Source of the DNA: Octopus sinensis
Taxonomy: Eukaryota
DNA length: 64,000 nucleotides
Direction of reading: 5' to 3'
Assembly (NCBI RefSeq): GCF_006345805.1
Contig: NC_043000.1
Span: 111,662,001 to 111,726,000 of the forward strand
Position 1 is the first letter of the stretch. Each line of letters opens with the position of its first letter. Below the pieces are notes generated by a model, which ran no database searches, was not told the DNA's origin, and worked only from the letters and a program-made list of their open reading frames with translations. Below, piece by piece: positions 12,271-24,714 of this stretch. The translations under genes were made by a program, and so were the position numbers.

Positions 12271-12521
12271 TACAGTGCTTACGTTTATTCACAGCGAGTA
12301 AGGTTTTTTTGCTGCAAAAGCATATAAGCTTAAAGTCTTCGAGATCTTTTTCTCGTAGAGTCAGAGCAGATTTGGAAATGCAGTGTCAGGGTTTAATGTG
12401 GATGAAGCTCGGATATGGAAGGCTATTAGGAAGAATAACGGGTGACAACATTTGTAGTCGGTTTGGTCGTGGCTGGAGGTGACAACAGATAGAGTACTAA
12501 AGTGATAGTATGTTGATAGAA

Positions 12522-12752
12522 GGCGGCGAGATGGCAGAAACGTTAGCACGCCGGGCGAGATGCTTAGTGGTATTTCGTCTGCCGTTACGTTCTGAGTTCA
12601 AATTCCGCCGAGGTCGACTTTGCCTTTCATCCTTTCGGGGTCGATAAATTAAGTACCAGTTACGCACTGGAGTCGATATAATCGACTTAAATCCGTCTGT
12701 CTGTCCTTGATTGTCTCCTCTGTTTAGCCCCTTGTGGGTAGTAAAGAAATAG
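12522..12752 (+). mobile_element. Full-length family A SINE, little diverged
   Basis: ggcggcgagatggcagaaacgttagcacgccgggcg...gggtagtaaagaaata, with gtatgttg on both sides (possible TSD). Confidence 0.9.
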
Positions 12753-13204
12753 GTATGTTGTCAACTTAATGTAGCAGTCCCATGAAAGGGAAGAATGCTA
12801 CTGTTATTTAGCCCTAGGAAACAATAGAGCATTATTGCATGGGAGGAAGAATGTGAAGAGAGTGTCGAAACCGAAATCTAGGGAACACCAGAGTTGAAAG
12901 GATGTGGGTCATAACGACTCTCATATGTTGCAATAGGGAAGCCATTTGGTCTCCAGTTAATTTGGTTTTACGTCGACCGCTTTGATGGTCAGTAAGGAGA
13001 GAGATTTCAAGTGAGTAGCGTAGCTGGGTGGCAGACAAGGGATGGTCCACCCCGAGCGATGCTTTTGTGGAGAACGGCACTTTGGGATCTGAGGGGAGGA
13101 TGGTGCCACTGAAGAAGATCATCATTCAGGGATGTCCTTATTAACTTTGGCACATTGGAAATGACTACGACGAGGCGATACTTCGCACAGGGGATTCCCA
13201 ACCG

Positions 13205-13470
13205 TATTTCTCTCTCTTTCTCTTTCTCTCTCACTCTCTCTCCTCTCCTCTCCCCACTCTCTCTCTATATACATGTCTCTCCCTCCCTCTCCCCCTCTCT
13301 ATCTATTTGTCTGTTTGTCTCTGCCTCCCTTCCCCTCTCCCCTCTCTCTCTATCTAACTATCTCCCTCCCTCTTTTCCCCCTCATTTCTCTCTCTCCATC
13401 TCTTTCCCCTCATCTCTCTCTCTCTAGCTCTCTCTCTCTTTCTCTCTCTCCTCTCTCTCTCCTGCCACTC
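13205..13470. repeat. Degenerate (CT)-rich polypyrimidine tract
   Basis: Direct reading. Confidence 0.9.
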
Positions 13471-13669
13471 TAGGAAATACTTGATTAATTTTCGCAACAC
13501 GAAAAGTCAATTTTCTGAAAAGTAATTTAGTTTTAAAGAAGCTGAGCTCCATATTGTACTTTGGAATAACAAAGTTGTCAGTGTGCTAAATCGAGTTATG
13601 ATTTAAGATTTAGTTTATTCTGAAAATCAATTCTAATAACAATGACTCGCATATATTTCTTTCTTCATA

Positions 13670-14279
13670 CGTTGCAGCTGATTCGAACGTGAACATGTTG
13701 ATCGCTGTGGTGTGTCTTCACAGGGGAACAGCTTCTCTTTTATTCGTTCGTACAAATGGACATACATTTGTTGTAAAGAAGGCGGCGAGCTGGCAGAATC
13801 GTTAGCACACCGGGCGAAATGCGTAGCCGTATTTCGTCTGCCGTTACGCTCTGAGTTCAAATTCCGCCGAGATCGACTTTGCCTTCCATCCTTTCGGGGT
13901 CGATTAAATAAGTACCAGTTATGCACTGGGGTCGATATAATCGACTTAATCTGTTTGTCTATCCTTGTTTGTTCCCCCCGAGTTTAGCCCCTTGTGGGTA
14001 GTAAAGAAATAGGTATTTCGTCTGCCGTTACGCTCTGAGTTCAAATTCCGCCGAGGTCGACTTTGCCTTTCATCCTTTCGGGGTCGATTAAATAAGTACC
14101 AGTTACGCACTGGGGTTGATGTAATTGACTTAATCCCTTTGTCTGTCCTTGTTTGTCCCCTCTATGTTTAGCCCCTTGTGGGCAATAAAGAAACATATAT
14201 TTGTTGTAAAGGAGAAACGATTCTCCTCTGAGGAAACATGACAGCGGTTGGCATATTCATGTTCGAATCTGCCGCAACG
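13670..14279. mobile_element. Foldback MITE with ~68-bp imperfect inverted arms, interrupted by a SINE dimer
   Basis: cgttgcagctgattcgaacgtgaacatg...ggggaacagcttctc versus gagaaacgattctcctc...catgttcgaatctgccgcaacg. Confidence 0.7.
13781..14192 (+). mobile_element. Dimeric family A SINE with 19-bp TSD
   Basis: TSD acata(c/t)atttgttgtaaag at 13760-13778 and 14193-14211; internal junction aaagaaata|ggtatttcgtctgccg at ~14012. Confidence 0.9.
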
Positions 14280-14504
14280 CATTACGAATAAAAATTCAAA
14301 ACATCGGTTTTCATTCTCTCTGTTCTTCGTGTACATAATGATATATTATCGATTTGAATAATGGATATAATTTTCTTCTTTGTCGTAAACTTTGAAATGC
14401 CATCTCGTACTCTGGGCTCGGAACCCTACTGTGGTGTTTCGAAATACCGGGATACATCTAGAGACAGACAGGCAGAGACAAAGATAGAATTTAATAATAC
14501 ATAA

Positions 14505-14565
14505 ATATATACATACATACATACATACATACATACATACATACATACATACATACATACATACA

Positions 14566-14596
<31 letters not shown>

Positions 14597-15082
14597 GGGA
14601 TATGTTACATACTGCCTAAATACCAATCTTGAAAAATTAGGCTTCTTAAAACCAGAAAGGAGAAAGCTAATTCGAAGACTACAGATCCAATCCATCACTA
14701 GAACTATAAAAATCTGTAAAACTTTCCAGAAGTTTATTATTTAAATATATATGAGCATGTCTAGATATGCAACTATATGCATGAGAATACATACATAAAA
14801 TAAAACATACAAATCTGCACGTGTACATACACATACACACACCTACGTACATACATACACACCTACATACATACACACACACCTACATACATACATACAT
14901 ACATACATACACACATACATACACACACACATACATACATACACACACATACATACATACATTCATACATACATACATACAAACATACATACATAACATA
15001 CATTCATACATACATACATACATACATACATACATACATACATACATACATACATACATACATACATACATACATACATAGA
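14505..15082. repeat. Two (TACA)n microsatellites (~14510-14595 and ~14822-15082)
   Basis: Direct reading. Confidence 0.95.
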
Positions 15083-15290
15083 GTTAATCCAAACACGAAA
15101 ATACAAAGAGAAAACACAACAACGCGAGGACGTGGAACAAGTATAGTGTTATTGGACGCCCAGGAAAGGAAAGAAAGAAGGAGGATTTAACGTTTCGAGC
15201 GGAGCTCTTCGTCAGAAACATAAGAAAAGGAAAGATCCAAGGAAGGGAAGACGGAGGGAAAAAAAATCGCCAACGATACACACGCGATAC
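15083..15290 (-). mobile_element. ~200-bp Penelope-derived repeat carrying a hammerhead motif (homologue at 38610-38805 on +)
   Basis: Its reverse complement aligns by eye over the whole length with 38610-38805. Confidence 0.75.
15185..15219 (-). ncRNA. Candidate minimal type I hammerhead ribozyme
   Basis: Minus strand gttt-CTGACGA-a-gagc-tcc-gctc-GAAACGTT-aaat: intact core, 4-bp stem II, ACGT palindrome, stem I gttt/aaat. Confidence 0.6.
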
Positions 15291-15299
15291 ATACCTAAT

Positions 15300-15840
15300 A
15301 TCTTCGTCCAGGGTACATTATTGGAAGTGGTCGTCTCTTTCGTCTACCTTGGCAGCCGTATCTCGAGAAGCGGAACCCTTGATTCTGAAATAAATCTGAG
15401 GATCGAAAAAAACCAACAATGCATCTGGAAGGCTCAAAAATCGTGTGTAGTCTGAAAGAGGGATTGTCATAAAATCTAAGCTCAGCGTCTGTGTATCATG
15501 TGTCTTATGAGTCTTCTGGGACTTGGACTACATGTCGACGTTACATCAAGGCTTTGGAAAGTTTATATCAAACCTGTTTTAGGAGAAATATTTTATGGAT
15601 GGAACCTTAAGGCTCTTAGTATGAATGTTGAAGACTGGAATCAGTTAGTGGAAAATCGGTCGGTTCGGAAAGCAGCGATCTACAATGGCTGTCGAGTATT
15701 TGAAACACGGAGGATCGAACACTCCATCTTGAAACAGGCACTTCGTAAACAGGGCCTAACCTCCAGCCCAGACACTTTTCAGCCAGAAAAATCTTTGCAA
15801 CATCTGCAGTTGGGTCTGTTTGCCCAAAGCCTACTCTAAC
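15300..15840 (+). pseudogene. RTE (BovB-like) LINE 3' fragment with internal deletion
   Basis: LEVVVSFVYLGSRISRSGTLDSEINLRIEK..GRLKNRV..; LKALSMNVEDWNQLVENRSVRKAAIYNGCRVFE. Confidence 0.85.
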
Positions 15841-16224
15841 GAAGGCATTTACTAATTGAAGAGTTGGCCCTCTTTTGTTTAAAAAAAATGGCAATCACCA
15901 TGCATGCATTTAACGAAGTTAGTCGATTACATCGACTCTCACCTAGCCACTGCTCAAACTGGTACTTATCTTATCGACACCGAAATGATAAAAAGCGAAC
16001 TTGGCGAAATTCGAACTCAGAACGTAAAGTGCCAGTGGAAATTCCACTTAGCATTTTGTCCCACGTGATAACGATTCTGCAAGCAGCAGAATAACTCACG
16101 GGAATAACACTGTAATTCAGATTTAATTTTAAAAAGCATATATCCTCTACATCATATATTGAACACCCCTTTCTCATTCCTTCGATATTTAACAACAATT
16201 AAGAGCACAGATAAATATAGAAAT

Positions 16225-16347
16225 CCTCTCATTGGCCGTGGAGACCAAACTCGCCATAGTTTCGGCGCATTTAGAGTTTAAAGACTTTAAAGTAGATGGT
16301 ACTACTCTGATTGTGCCAGTGAGCAAGGGAATGTTATTGAGGTAATG
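16225..16347 (+). promoter_or_regulatory. Promoter-like motif cluster with a downstream donor-like site
   Basis: ATTGG (reverse CCAAT) at 16231, E2F-like TTTCGGCGC at 16260, two TTTAAA (CHR-like) at 16277 and 16286, GAG|GTAATG at 16341/16342; motif matches only. Confidence 0.25.
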
Positions 16348-16399
16348 GGCAAACACGAATTGAAGATGAAGACTAAAGATAGACACCAATAAAAGTAGA

Positions 16400-16912
16400 A
16401 GAACGTAATGGAGGAGGAATACAGTAGGAGAACGATAGCCTGGAGATAAGAGAAGGGTAGACAAAGGGATGGCGTGAGGAAGGGGCTGGTTGATAGACAG
16501 AAAAGAAAGTGAGGGATATGGATAGAATGATAAAGTAAGATATATAGAGAGAGAAAGAGAGAGGAAAAGAAAGAAAGAAAGAAAGAGAAAGAGTGAGAGC
16601 GAGAGAAAGAGAGAGATGGGGTGGGGGCTAGTCGCCAAGAGAAAGAGAGACAGAGAGGCGGGTCCTGGTCGCTAAGAGAAAGAAAAAGAGACAGTAAATG
16701 AGAAATAAAGTAGTTGGGGCAGAGAAAGAGAAGAATAACTGAAGAAAGTGAATGTGAATGTATGTCCGAGAAAGGAGCGAAAGAAAGACAGCGAAAGAGA
16801 GAAATGTATGAAAAGAGTTGGAACTACTATGGAAGTTTGAGTGTGAGATGGGGTAAGATGTATAAGAAAAAACGGAGAGAAAAAGAGTCGAGTAAAATTC
16901 TTATATGGATTA

Positions 16913-16947
<35 letters not shown>

Positions 16948-18205
16948 AGAGAGTGAGAGACAGATAGAACTACTATAATAGAAAAAGAGATAAGTTATGA
17001 TTGAAAAGAATGAGAGAAGTGAATAGATTAAAGGAGTGAGAGAGGGGGAACTGCTATGAGAATGAATGAGAGAGGTAAAAACAAAAACTGAGTGAGATAA
17101 AATACAATGAGTGTGGGAGATGATTAGTGTAAAGGTGGAGTGGGACAAGACATGATAGAGAGAGAGTAGGAGGAAGGAGACGACGTAGTGTAAGAGTGAC
17201 AGCGGCGGTGGAGAAACGGCAATAAGAGTGAGAGTGGATAGTGAAAGAGTGTGACAATGGGTTGTTGAAGGTGGCGGTGACGGTGGTGGTGGTTACGGTG
17301 AAGCAACAGTATGAAGAAGGAAAGAGGAGAAAGAGAGAGAACTGCTATGAGAGTGTGAGTGAAGTGGATATGTCGTAGTGAAGGTGGTGGTGAAGGAACA
17401 GTAATGAAAGAGTAGTAGGAGAAAAGGTGAGAGAACAATAAGAGAGTAAGAGGATGAGGTGGTGGTGGTGGTGAAGGGAGCAACAGTATTGAAAGGGAGA
17501 TGACACAGACGACGGTGGCAGAGCAATAGAAGAGAGAGAGAGGGAGGGAGGGGGACGTATTGCTGTATGATTATGATGATGTTGATGGAGATGATGGATC
17601 GGTGAGTGAGCGAGTGAAAAAGAGAGAGAGAGGAACAACTATAAGAGGGAAGATGACGGTAAAGCAGTAGTATTGAGAGGGAGAGGGAGAAAGAAACAGA
17701 GAACTACTATGAGAGTGTGAGCAAAGGCAGTAGCCGGAGTTGTGGGGGAAGGTGAAGGAGCAGTGGTAAGAGGGTCATAAGGAAAGAAAAGGAATGAAAG
17801 AACAATTATGACTGAGGAGGAGGCACCAGAGCAGAAAGGAAAACAGAGAGAAAAAGAAGGAACACCTGAGTGTGAGTGACGATACAATAGAAGACTTGAT
17901 AGTGGTGGAGGGGATCAACAGTAATGAGAGGGTTGCAGTAAAGAAGAGAGAGAGAGAATAACGACAATGACAGGGTGAGTGGGGATGATATAAAGATGGT
18001 AAAGGAGGAGTAGCAGCAGTGATGAGAGGGTTACAGTAAAGAAATGAGAGAGAGAGAATAGCGACATTGAGAGGGTGAATGAGGATGAAGGTTGCAGTAA
18101 AGAAGAGAGAGAGAGAGAGAGAGAATAAGGACAATGAGAGGGTGAACGAGGATGATATAGAGACGGTAAAAGAAGTGAAGGAGGAGTAGCAGCAGTAATG
18201 AAGTA
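16400..18205. repeat. 1.8-kb purine-rich (GA/GGT) low-complexity tract with degenerate 65-115 bp repeats at its right end
   Basis: Strong strand asymmetry; recurring motifs gaactactatgagagtg and ggttgcagtaaagaagagag...ggaggagtagcagcagt. Confidence 0.85.
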
Positions 18206-18598
18206 AGGCCAAAATGGCGTCCCGTTTGTTGAAGACGTCGTCAGAGAGACATGTTGTTGTCTTTGGTGTAGCCAGAAGAATCTCTGAGCAGCACTACCAG
18301 CACCACTACCTCTATAGTGTACAACCAACACCTCACTAATGGACATCAACACTGTTGACCACACATTCCTTCGGGATTTTACTTTTACAAACAGTTGATC
18401 CTTTAGACTTTTTTATGTTTGTTAGTAATTATTAACGACCCCCGTTTTTTTTTAAACCCCGTCTTTTTCCCCCCTTGTTTTCTTCCTTTTTATTCGTTAT
18501 TTTGTTCTGTTTGGAATAAGTGAGACACCCCATTCCCCCACAAGAACCCCAAAAGAAGAAAACCAAAATTCTAGGAAAATCTTTGTTGAATGGTAAGT
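18205..18598 (+). promoter_or_regulatory. Candidate first exon or 5'UTR: YY1-type AAAATGGCG start, two short ORFs, strong donor
   Basis: ccAAAATGGCGtcc at 18211; ORF 18214-18339 (41 aa); overlapping ORF 18339-18398 (19 aa); ATG|GTAAGT at 18590-18598. Confidence 0.35.
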
Positions 18599-19241
18599 TA
18601 TTAAATATTTTTAACTAATGCTTCCGTATTTACAAATCAGCCCCGAAATGAGGGATCGATTTATTACTTGATAACTATAGAGAATCCAACCCCCATTTTG
18701 TGTCCAATCTCTATATATTTACACTTGTAGCCTTACAACAAGCACATGCCTTCTTATTAATAACTTTTATTATATTACCTTCTATTCATCCCCTTTGTAT
18801 CCTAATACCTGTCTGTTATTATATTCAATGTATGTAGAGAGAAAGAGAAGGGTTTATAGCATGGTTATTTGGAAAATTGAATAAAGGACATAAATACAAC
18901 GGTGTAAATTTCACTGATTGTATGATAAATAATGAAGTGTGTGCCATGTATTTAGTGCTTAATCCATTTCTCTACACACAAACTGTATTCTACATCATAC
19001 CCTCAATATCCTTCGTCTGATGTGGTATTCCCCAATCCTGGAGGGACTTTACTTTCTCAGCTGATGAGGAAACAGCTCTTGTTTCTAAATCTGCTTCCCT
19101 TTTTTCCTATAATCTATAAATATAGTTCAATAATGAAGACATGTTTATTCTAGGCTACACACACATATATCTGTGTGTGTGTTTATGTGCATTTGTATAT
19201 ATGTCCATTTGTGTATATATGTGTGTGTATATGTACATTTG

Positions 19242-19272
<31 letters not shown>

Positions 19273-20568
19273 ATATGTATTTCGTTCGCTTTCTGCTGTG
19301 TAAGATGTAATTATAAATATAAACATCATTTACACACACAGACGTGTACATGTAAATATGTATGTTTATACAAATATCTGTGTGTATTTAATGCGTTTGT
19401 GTTTACAAACGTGAGGGAAAGGCACTGAAAACAGCTTGTAGTGTTATATTTATTAAAATTTATTACTCCTGCACATTTCAAGCGCAGCGCAAAACTCCGA
19501 ATATATGTACGTATCTATGTGTTTATGTATATATTAATGTTTTGTGTATAAACTGTCTTGTCTATGAAAACCACAAGCTATCATTATATATATATATACA
19601 GTATACATCTTCATATCCGTTTTCTGATATGAAAAGGTGTTTCGAAACTGGCAACTATATTACACACACACACTGTATTAATATGGAGTTAAGGCTCTGT
19701 TCCTGTCGACTTCCTGTTCAGAACATCGAACAGACCTAAATCTATTCTAATTACAACCATCCCGTTCATTTAATGGGTTGACTATCAAGAACTCTGTCAA
19801 AATGGTCGAGTATGGTCTTGAAACGAAAAGGTGGAGCCTGTTCGCACCAGTTAGCCTTCATAAAACACCTGTATTCAAAAGCACTCAACTGGAATCATTC
19901 CGTCTTGTTCTTCCCAGGCGTACTGTATCCGGATCTCCGGGTTTGAGTGCTTCCTTTTGTAAGGAAGCACTCACTTATATGATAGGAAGGATTTGACTGC
20001 TATTTCTAACAGAACGAGCAAGCATGGAGAGTCTTTTTCATTAGCTGGGATATCAAGAATGAAGATGTCGGAAGTATACCCGAATATTGTTAGCCCCAGG
20101 TCTGCCCTGCTGGAGCTGACCCACGAACAAAAATTGTCTAACCATGACCACCACTACTTATGTTTAGATAATTTGTTATCCACAACCACATTCAAAATGG
20201 CCTTTCCTTTTCGTAAGACCAGTACTATGAGGTTGAAGAGAAGCTGCTATTTCTAGCAAACTGATTATTCGTATAAAGGTTCATTTTCTGGTTTGATACC
20301 GATATGTGCGTCCATTTGTGTGTGTATATACACAGCAGTGGTGGATATTATATTGAAGTGTGTATATATATATATATAGTGGGGAGTCTGTTGTAATATA
20401 TAAATAGGGAGTCTGTGTTGGACCTCTATATATTATATATAGTGGTGGGTGTTTTATTTCGAGTTGTATATTATGATTTATATTGACGCGTATGTATAGC
20501 TGGGAGCTAGATTGTAGGGGTGTGTATATAGTCTGTATGTATAGTAAGTAAGGGGCTAGATATTAAAG

Positions 20569-20623
<55 letters not shown>

Positions 20624-20769
20624 GAAATATGGGTAAGGATCTGTATAGTTGTGTCAGTATTACATAGACGTGTATGTATATAAGAATCGAAGTATGTATA
20701 GTACGTTTATTGGAATCTAGTTATATACGGGGACGAATTCAGTACGGGCCTGTTATATATACGTCTTTC

Positions 20770-21140
20770 GTTTGTTTTCAGTCATTGGACTGCGGCCATT
20801 CTGGGGCACAGCATTGACGAATGTTTAGTCGATCGAATCGACGCCAGTTCTTATGTTTTTTTGTTTTGTTTTTGGTTTTTAAAACCTAGTACTTATTTTA
20901 TCGGTTTCTTTTGCCGAACCGCGAGATTACTGGGAGGTAAACACCAACACGGATTGATAAGCGGTAGTGAGGAACAGACACACACACACATACACAAACA
21001 TACACGGGCTTCCTTCAGTTTCCGCCTCCCAAATCCACTCACAAGGGTTTGGTCAGATTGAGGCTATAGTAGAAGACATTTGCTCCTAAGTGCCAAGCAG
21101 TGAGACTGAACCCGGAACCATGTGGTTGGAAAGCAAACTT
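20770..21140 (-). mobile_element. Family B SINE, CpGs largely intact
   Basis: cagtcattggactgcggccattctgg...tttgccgaaccgc...acgggcttccttcagtttccg...ctgaacccggaaccatgtggttgg. Confidence 0.85.
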
Positions 21141-21146
21141 ACGACT

Positions 21147-21217
<71 letters not shown>

Positions 21218-21360
21218 TGTATATATATAGTGACGGCGACGGGTTCGAACTGCTGTGTTGCAATTGAGGAAACAGCGATGTTAGATTGAGTACAGGGATA
21301 CTTCAAACACTACTCGGATCTTCTCGTTTCCGGGGAAATGGGGAAACTCCGAGTCACGTC

Positions 21361-21411
<51 letters not shown>

Positions 21412-22755
21412 CTCTTGTGTGATATATATATATATATATAACGTTTTATTATATGTATGATACGTGTGAAAATGAAACCATTTCCTTCCTGCTCCGTTAA
21501 ATGATGGTGCAAGGAATAATTGTAGCAATTAATTATAATATTGCCTTTAATAAAAATAATATAAATTCCTTATTGGAAACATAATCATCCCCGATACAAT
21601 TTACAATATTTCATGTATATATATAGAATACATGCATACTCGTATGTTGTTTGTTTTGGTGTAGTATAGAAGGAATTTTTGAGTGCTAATGGATAAATAA
21701 TTGTCTAAACCTACAAGCTAATTCCTTTCATGGTTATTGCTATATCTCTGCATCCGCACATATGTATAATGAGTTGTTTTTTTTTCATCTGTGAATACAT
21801 TTGATGATGACTAATGTCATTTTGGATGTGCATGCGTGTATATATAACATATATATATAAAAAATACTGCGTATATTTTCACGAATATAGAAATGACTGA
21901 TATGTAGGTTTGTGTTTACGTATTCACTTTCGTGTATTCGTATCATTCAGCTGATATATATATATATATGTTATTAGATAGATAGATAGTACCGTCCACC
22001 TGTATAATAGATTGTTCCAATCTATAATGCTTTTGAGGGTTCTCCGAGAAGCCACATATGAATAGAGGCTGTCCCCTTCTTCCAAATCTGTTCTTCCATT
22101 GCCGACCCAGAATCCTCACATCCAACGGTTTGCAACTATGGGACCTGTGAGTTGGAGGAGGAGAAAGAAGTAGGGATTATTCTCCCTATATCTGTGCGGT
22201 CGAGCAAATATATATACACACGCACACACTCCACTCCGTGTATACATACCGACCATTCAACTCGCGCTCGACCGTCCCATACACACCTTCCCATCGCCCT
22301 GTGCTAGTTGCTATGTATCTCGTTACTAAGTGGTTTCCTCTTCATCGTTGTCCCTCTCCTCTACCCCACACTCATTCACCCAATTTAGCTCCTATCTTGT
22401 CCTTTAGCTGACCCCTAATACCAATACACTAAATAAGCACAGCCCCCCCTTCTCTTTCTCGCTTATTCGATGCAAATATGATATATATATATATATAGAT
22501 ATATATGTGTGTATATCTCTATATATATATGTGTGTGTGTGTGTGTATGTGTGGGTGTATATATATAGATATATGTGTATATATGTATATATATTGTGTG
22601 TGTGTGTGTGATGTTGCTGCTACTCGGAGTTCATCCCACTGTTTGATACGTCGGCTTTGCCCCATCTCTTCGTACATCCCCATTTGAAAACATCTGTTCG
22701 TTTTCAACAGTGCAAATATGTGTGTGTTTCTGTGTGTCACACACTATAGATATAT

Positions 22756-22987
22756 ATTTCTTTACTGCCCACAAGGGGCTAAACATAGAAGGGACGAACA
22801 AGGACAGACAAAGGGATTAAGTCGATTACATCGACCCCAGTGCGTAACTGGTACTTAATTTATCGACCCCGAAAGGATGAAAGGCAAAGTCGACCTCGGC
22901 GGATTTTGAACCCAGAACACTTAACGGCAGACGAAATACGGCTAAGCATTTCGCCCGGCGTGCTAACGTTTCTGCCAGCTCGCCGCC
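22756..22987 (-). mobile_element. Full-length family A SINE, CpGs intact
   Basis: atttctttactgcccacaagggg...ctgccagctcgccgcc. Confidence 0.9.
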
Positions 22988-23689
22988 CTAATATATATCT
23001 TCATACATGTATGTACGTTGTGATCTAAGCATTATTGATATCATCACTACCATTGCTACAACTACTGCAGGTAATATAATCTTATTACTACTACTACTAC
23101 TACTAGCACCATCTCTGCTATCTTCATTTCCATCATCTTATTCAAATGCCGTTGGTGGTGATGGCTCTTGGTTCAGTCGCAGCAGATGTAATATTATTGC
23201 CTCCACGAGTCCAAAGCCACCCCTAAAAGCAACAGTTACCTCGTACCACAGCCAGGTGTTTCCCTTTGCCCCTACTCCATTATATTCGTCCCACCCACCC
23301 CAGCAGCTTTCTTTTTCTTTTTTTTTAAATGAATGTGTGGCAAACACAAATGAAGTTTGTTTCCTAGGTGTTAGTTTTATCTCTGTGTTATTATTTAATA
23401 CGTCGTGCCCGTGGTGGGGGTAATGCTTTCAGGATGCAAGATGCGTTTGTGTGTGTCGCTTGTGGGGAGAAAGAGACTGCTCAATGCCACAGTGATTAAT
23501 ATATGTTGTTGTTGGTTGAGTCAGTCTCTTGCTGCTCTAAGTTTTGCTTGTGGGTGCACAGTCTTCAGGCAAGATCCTGTGCACCCGTTCCAAAAGTGAA
23601 ACCCTCAGTGGCAACGGACTGACTCGACCAAAATAAAATATTACACACTCACAGAAGTGTGTATATGTGTGTGTGTAAAATATATATAT

Positions 23690-24070
23690 AGGAGTGGCTG
23701 TGTGGTAAGTAGCTTGCTTACCAACCACATGGTTCTGGGTTCAGTCCCACTGCGTGGCACCTTGGGCAAGTGTCTTCTATAGCCTCGGGCTGACCAAAGC
23801 CTCGTGAGTGGATTTGGTAGACGGAAACTGGAAGAATCCCGTCGTATATATATGTATATATATATATGTTTGTGTGTCTGTTGTCCCCCCCAACATCACT
23901 TGACAACCGATGCTGGTGTGTTTACGTCCCCGTAACTTAGTGGTTCAGCAAAAGAGACCGATAGAATAAGTACCACGCTTACAAAGAATAAGCAAGCTCT
24001 GGGGCCGATTTACTCGACTATAAAGGCGGTGCTCCAGCATGGCCGCAGTCAAATGACTGAAACAAGTAAA
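23690..24070 (+). mobile_element. Full-length family B SINE with internal (TA)n/(TG)n
   Basis: ggagtggctgtgtggtaagtagcttgcttaccaaccac...catggccgcagtcaaatgactgaaacaagtaaaa. Confidence 0.9.
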
Positions 24071-24226
24071 ATATATATCTATAGATAGATAGATGTATAT
24101 GTATATAGAGATACATATGAAAGGGAGAGAAAGAGATGCTAGGGGTTACAAAATGAAAGGCTTGTCAATATATGCAGTAAGTGTTTGTTTATTTGGAAGA
24201 AGCTAATTTATTCTGTTGCTATAGAA

Positions 24227-24257
<31 letters not shown>

Positions 24258-24698
24258 TGACTGAATGAATGAAAGGAAGGAAAAATAGATGTAGTGAAAT
24301 GTGTGTCTCCTGCCATCTCCAGCTCCTTCTGTCGCTATCCAAGCCAGCTGTCATTTAGTTGATGTTTGTCATTTCTACCATTCACTCCCCCCACCCCACT
24401 CTACCCTCATAACTGTCAGCAGTGACATCATCATAACAACCACCAGCAGCAGCAGCATTCTCATCATCATGATCATCGTAATCTCCAGCATCACAGACTC
24501 AAGTCATCATCGTTTGTCTGGCCCACTGCCCAACTCCTAAACTATTATCACCACCACCACCGTTATTTATTAGTCTCATCATTAGTAGTATTGTGGTGGG
24601 TGTGGTGGTAGTGGTGGGAAAGATAAGGAAACAGCTCTGATGATAAAGTGCAGCTGTGGGGGTGTGTGTGTGTGTGTGTGTAAAGATCTTGACAGAAA

Positions 24699-24714
24699 GG
24701 CGGAAGCGGAAGTG
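24699..24714 (+). promoter_or_regulatory. Tandem ETS/GABP-type motif
   Basis: ggCGGAAGCGGAAGTG in unique sequence at the CpG boundary; motif match only. Confidence 0.35.

Noticed and set aside
16189-18364. Several 119-158 aa minus-strand ORFs
   Set aside because: Pyrimidine-rich low complexity on that strand makes stops rare; peptides are L/S/F/P runs with no domain.
19066-19100. CTGATGA followed by a stem (also at ~10856)
   Set aside because: No GAAAC-GTH core downstream, so not a hammerhead.
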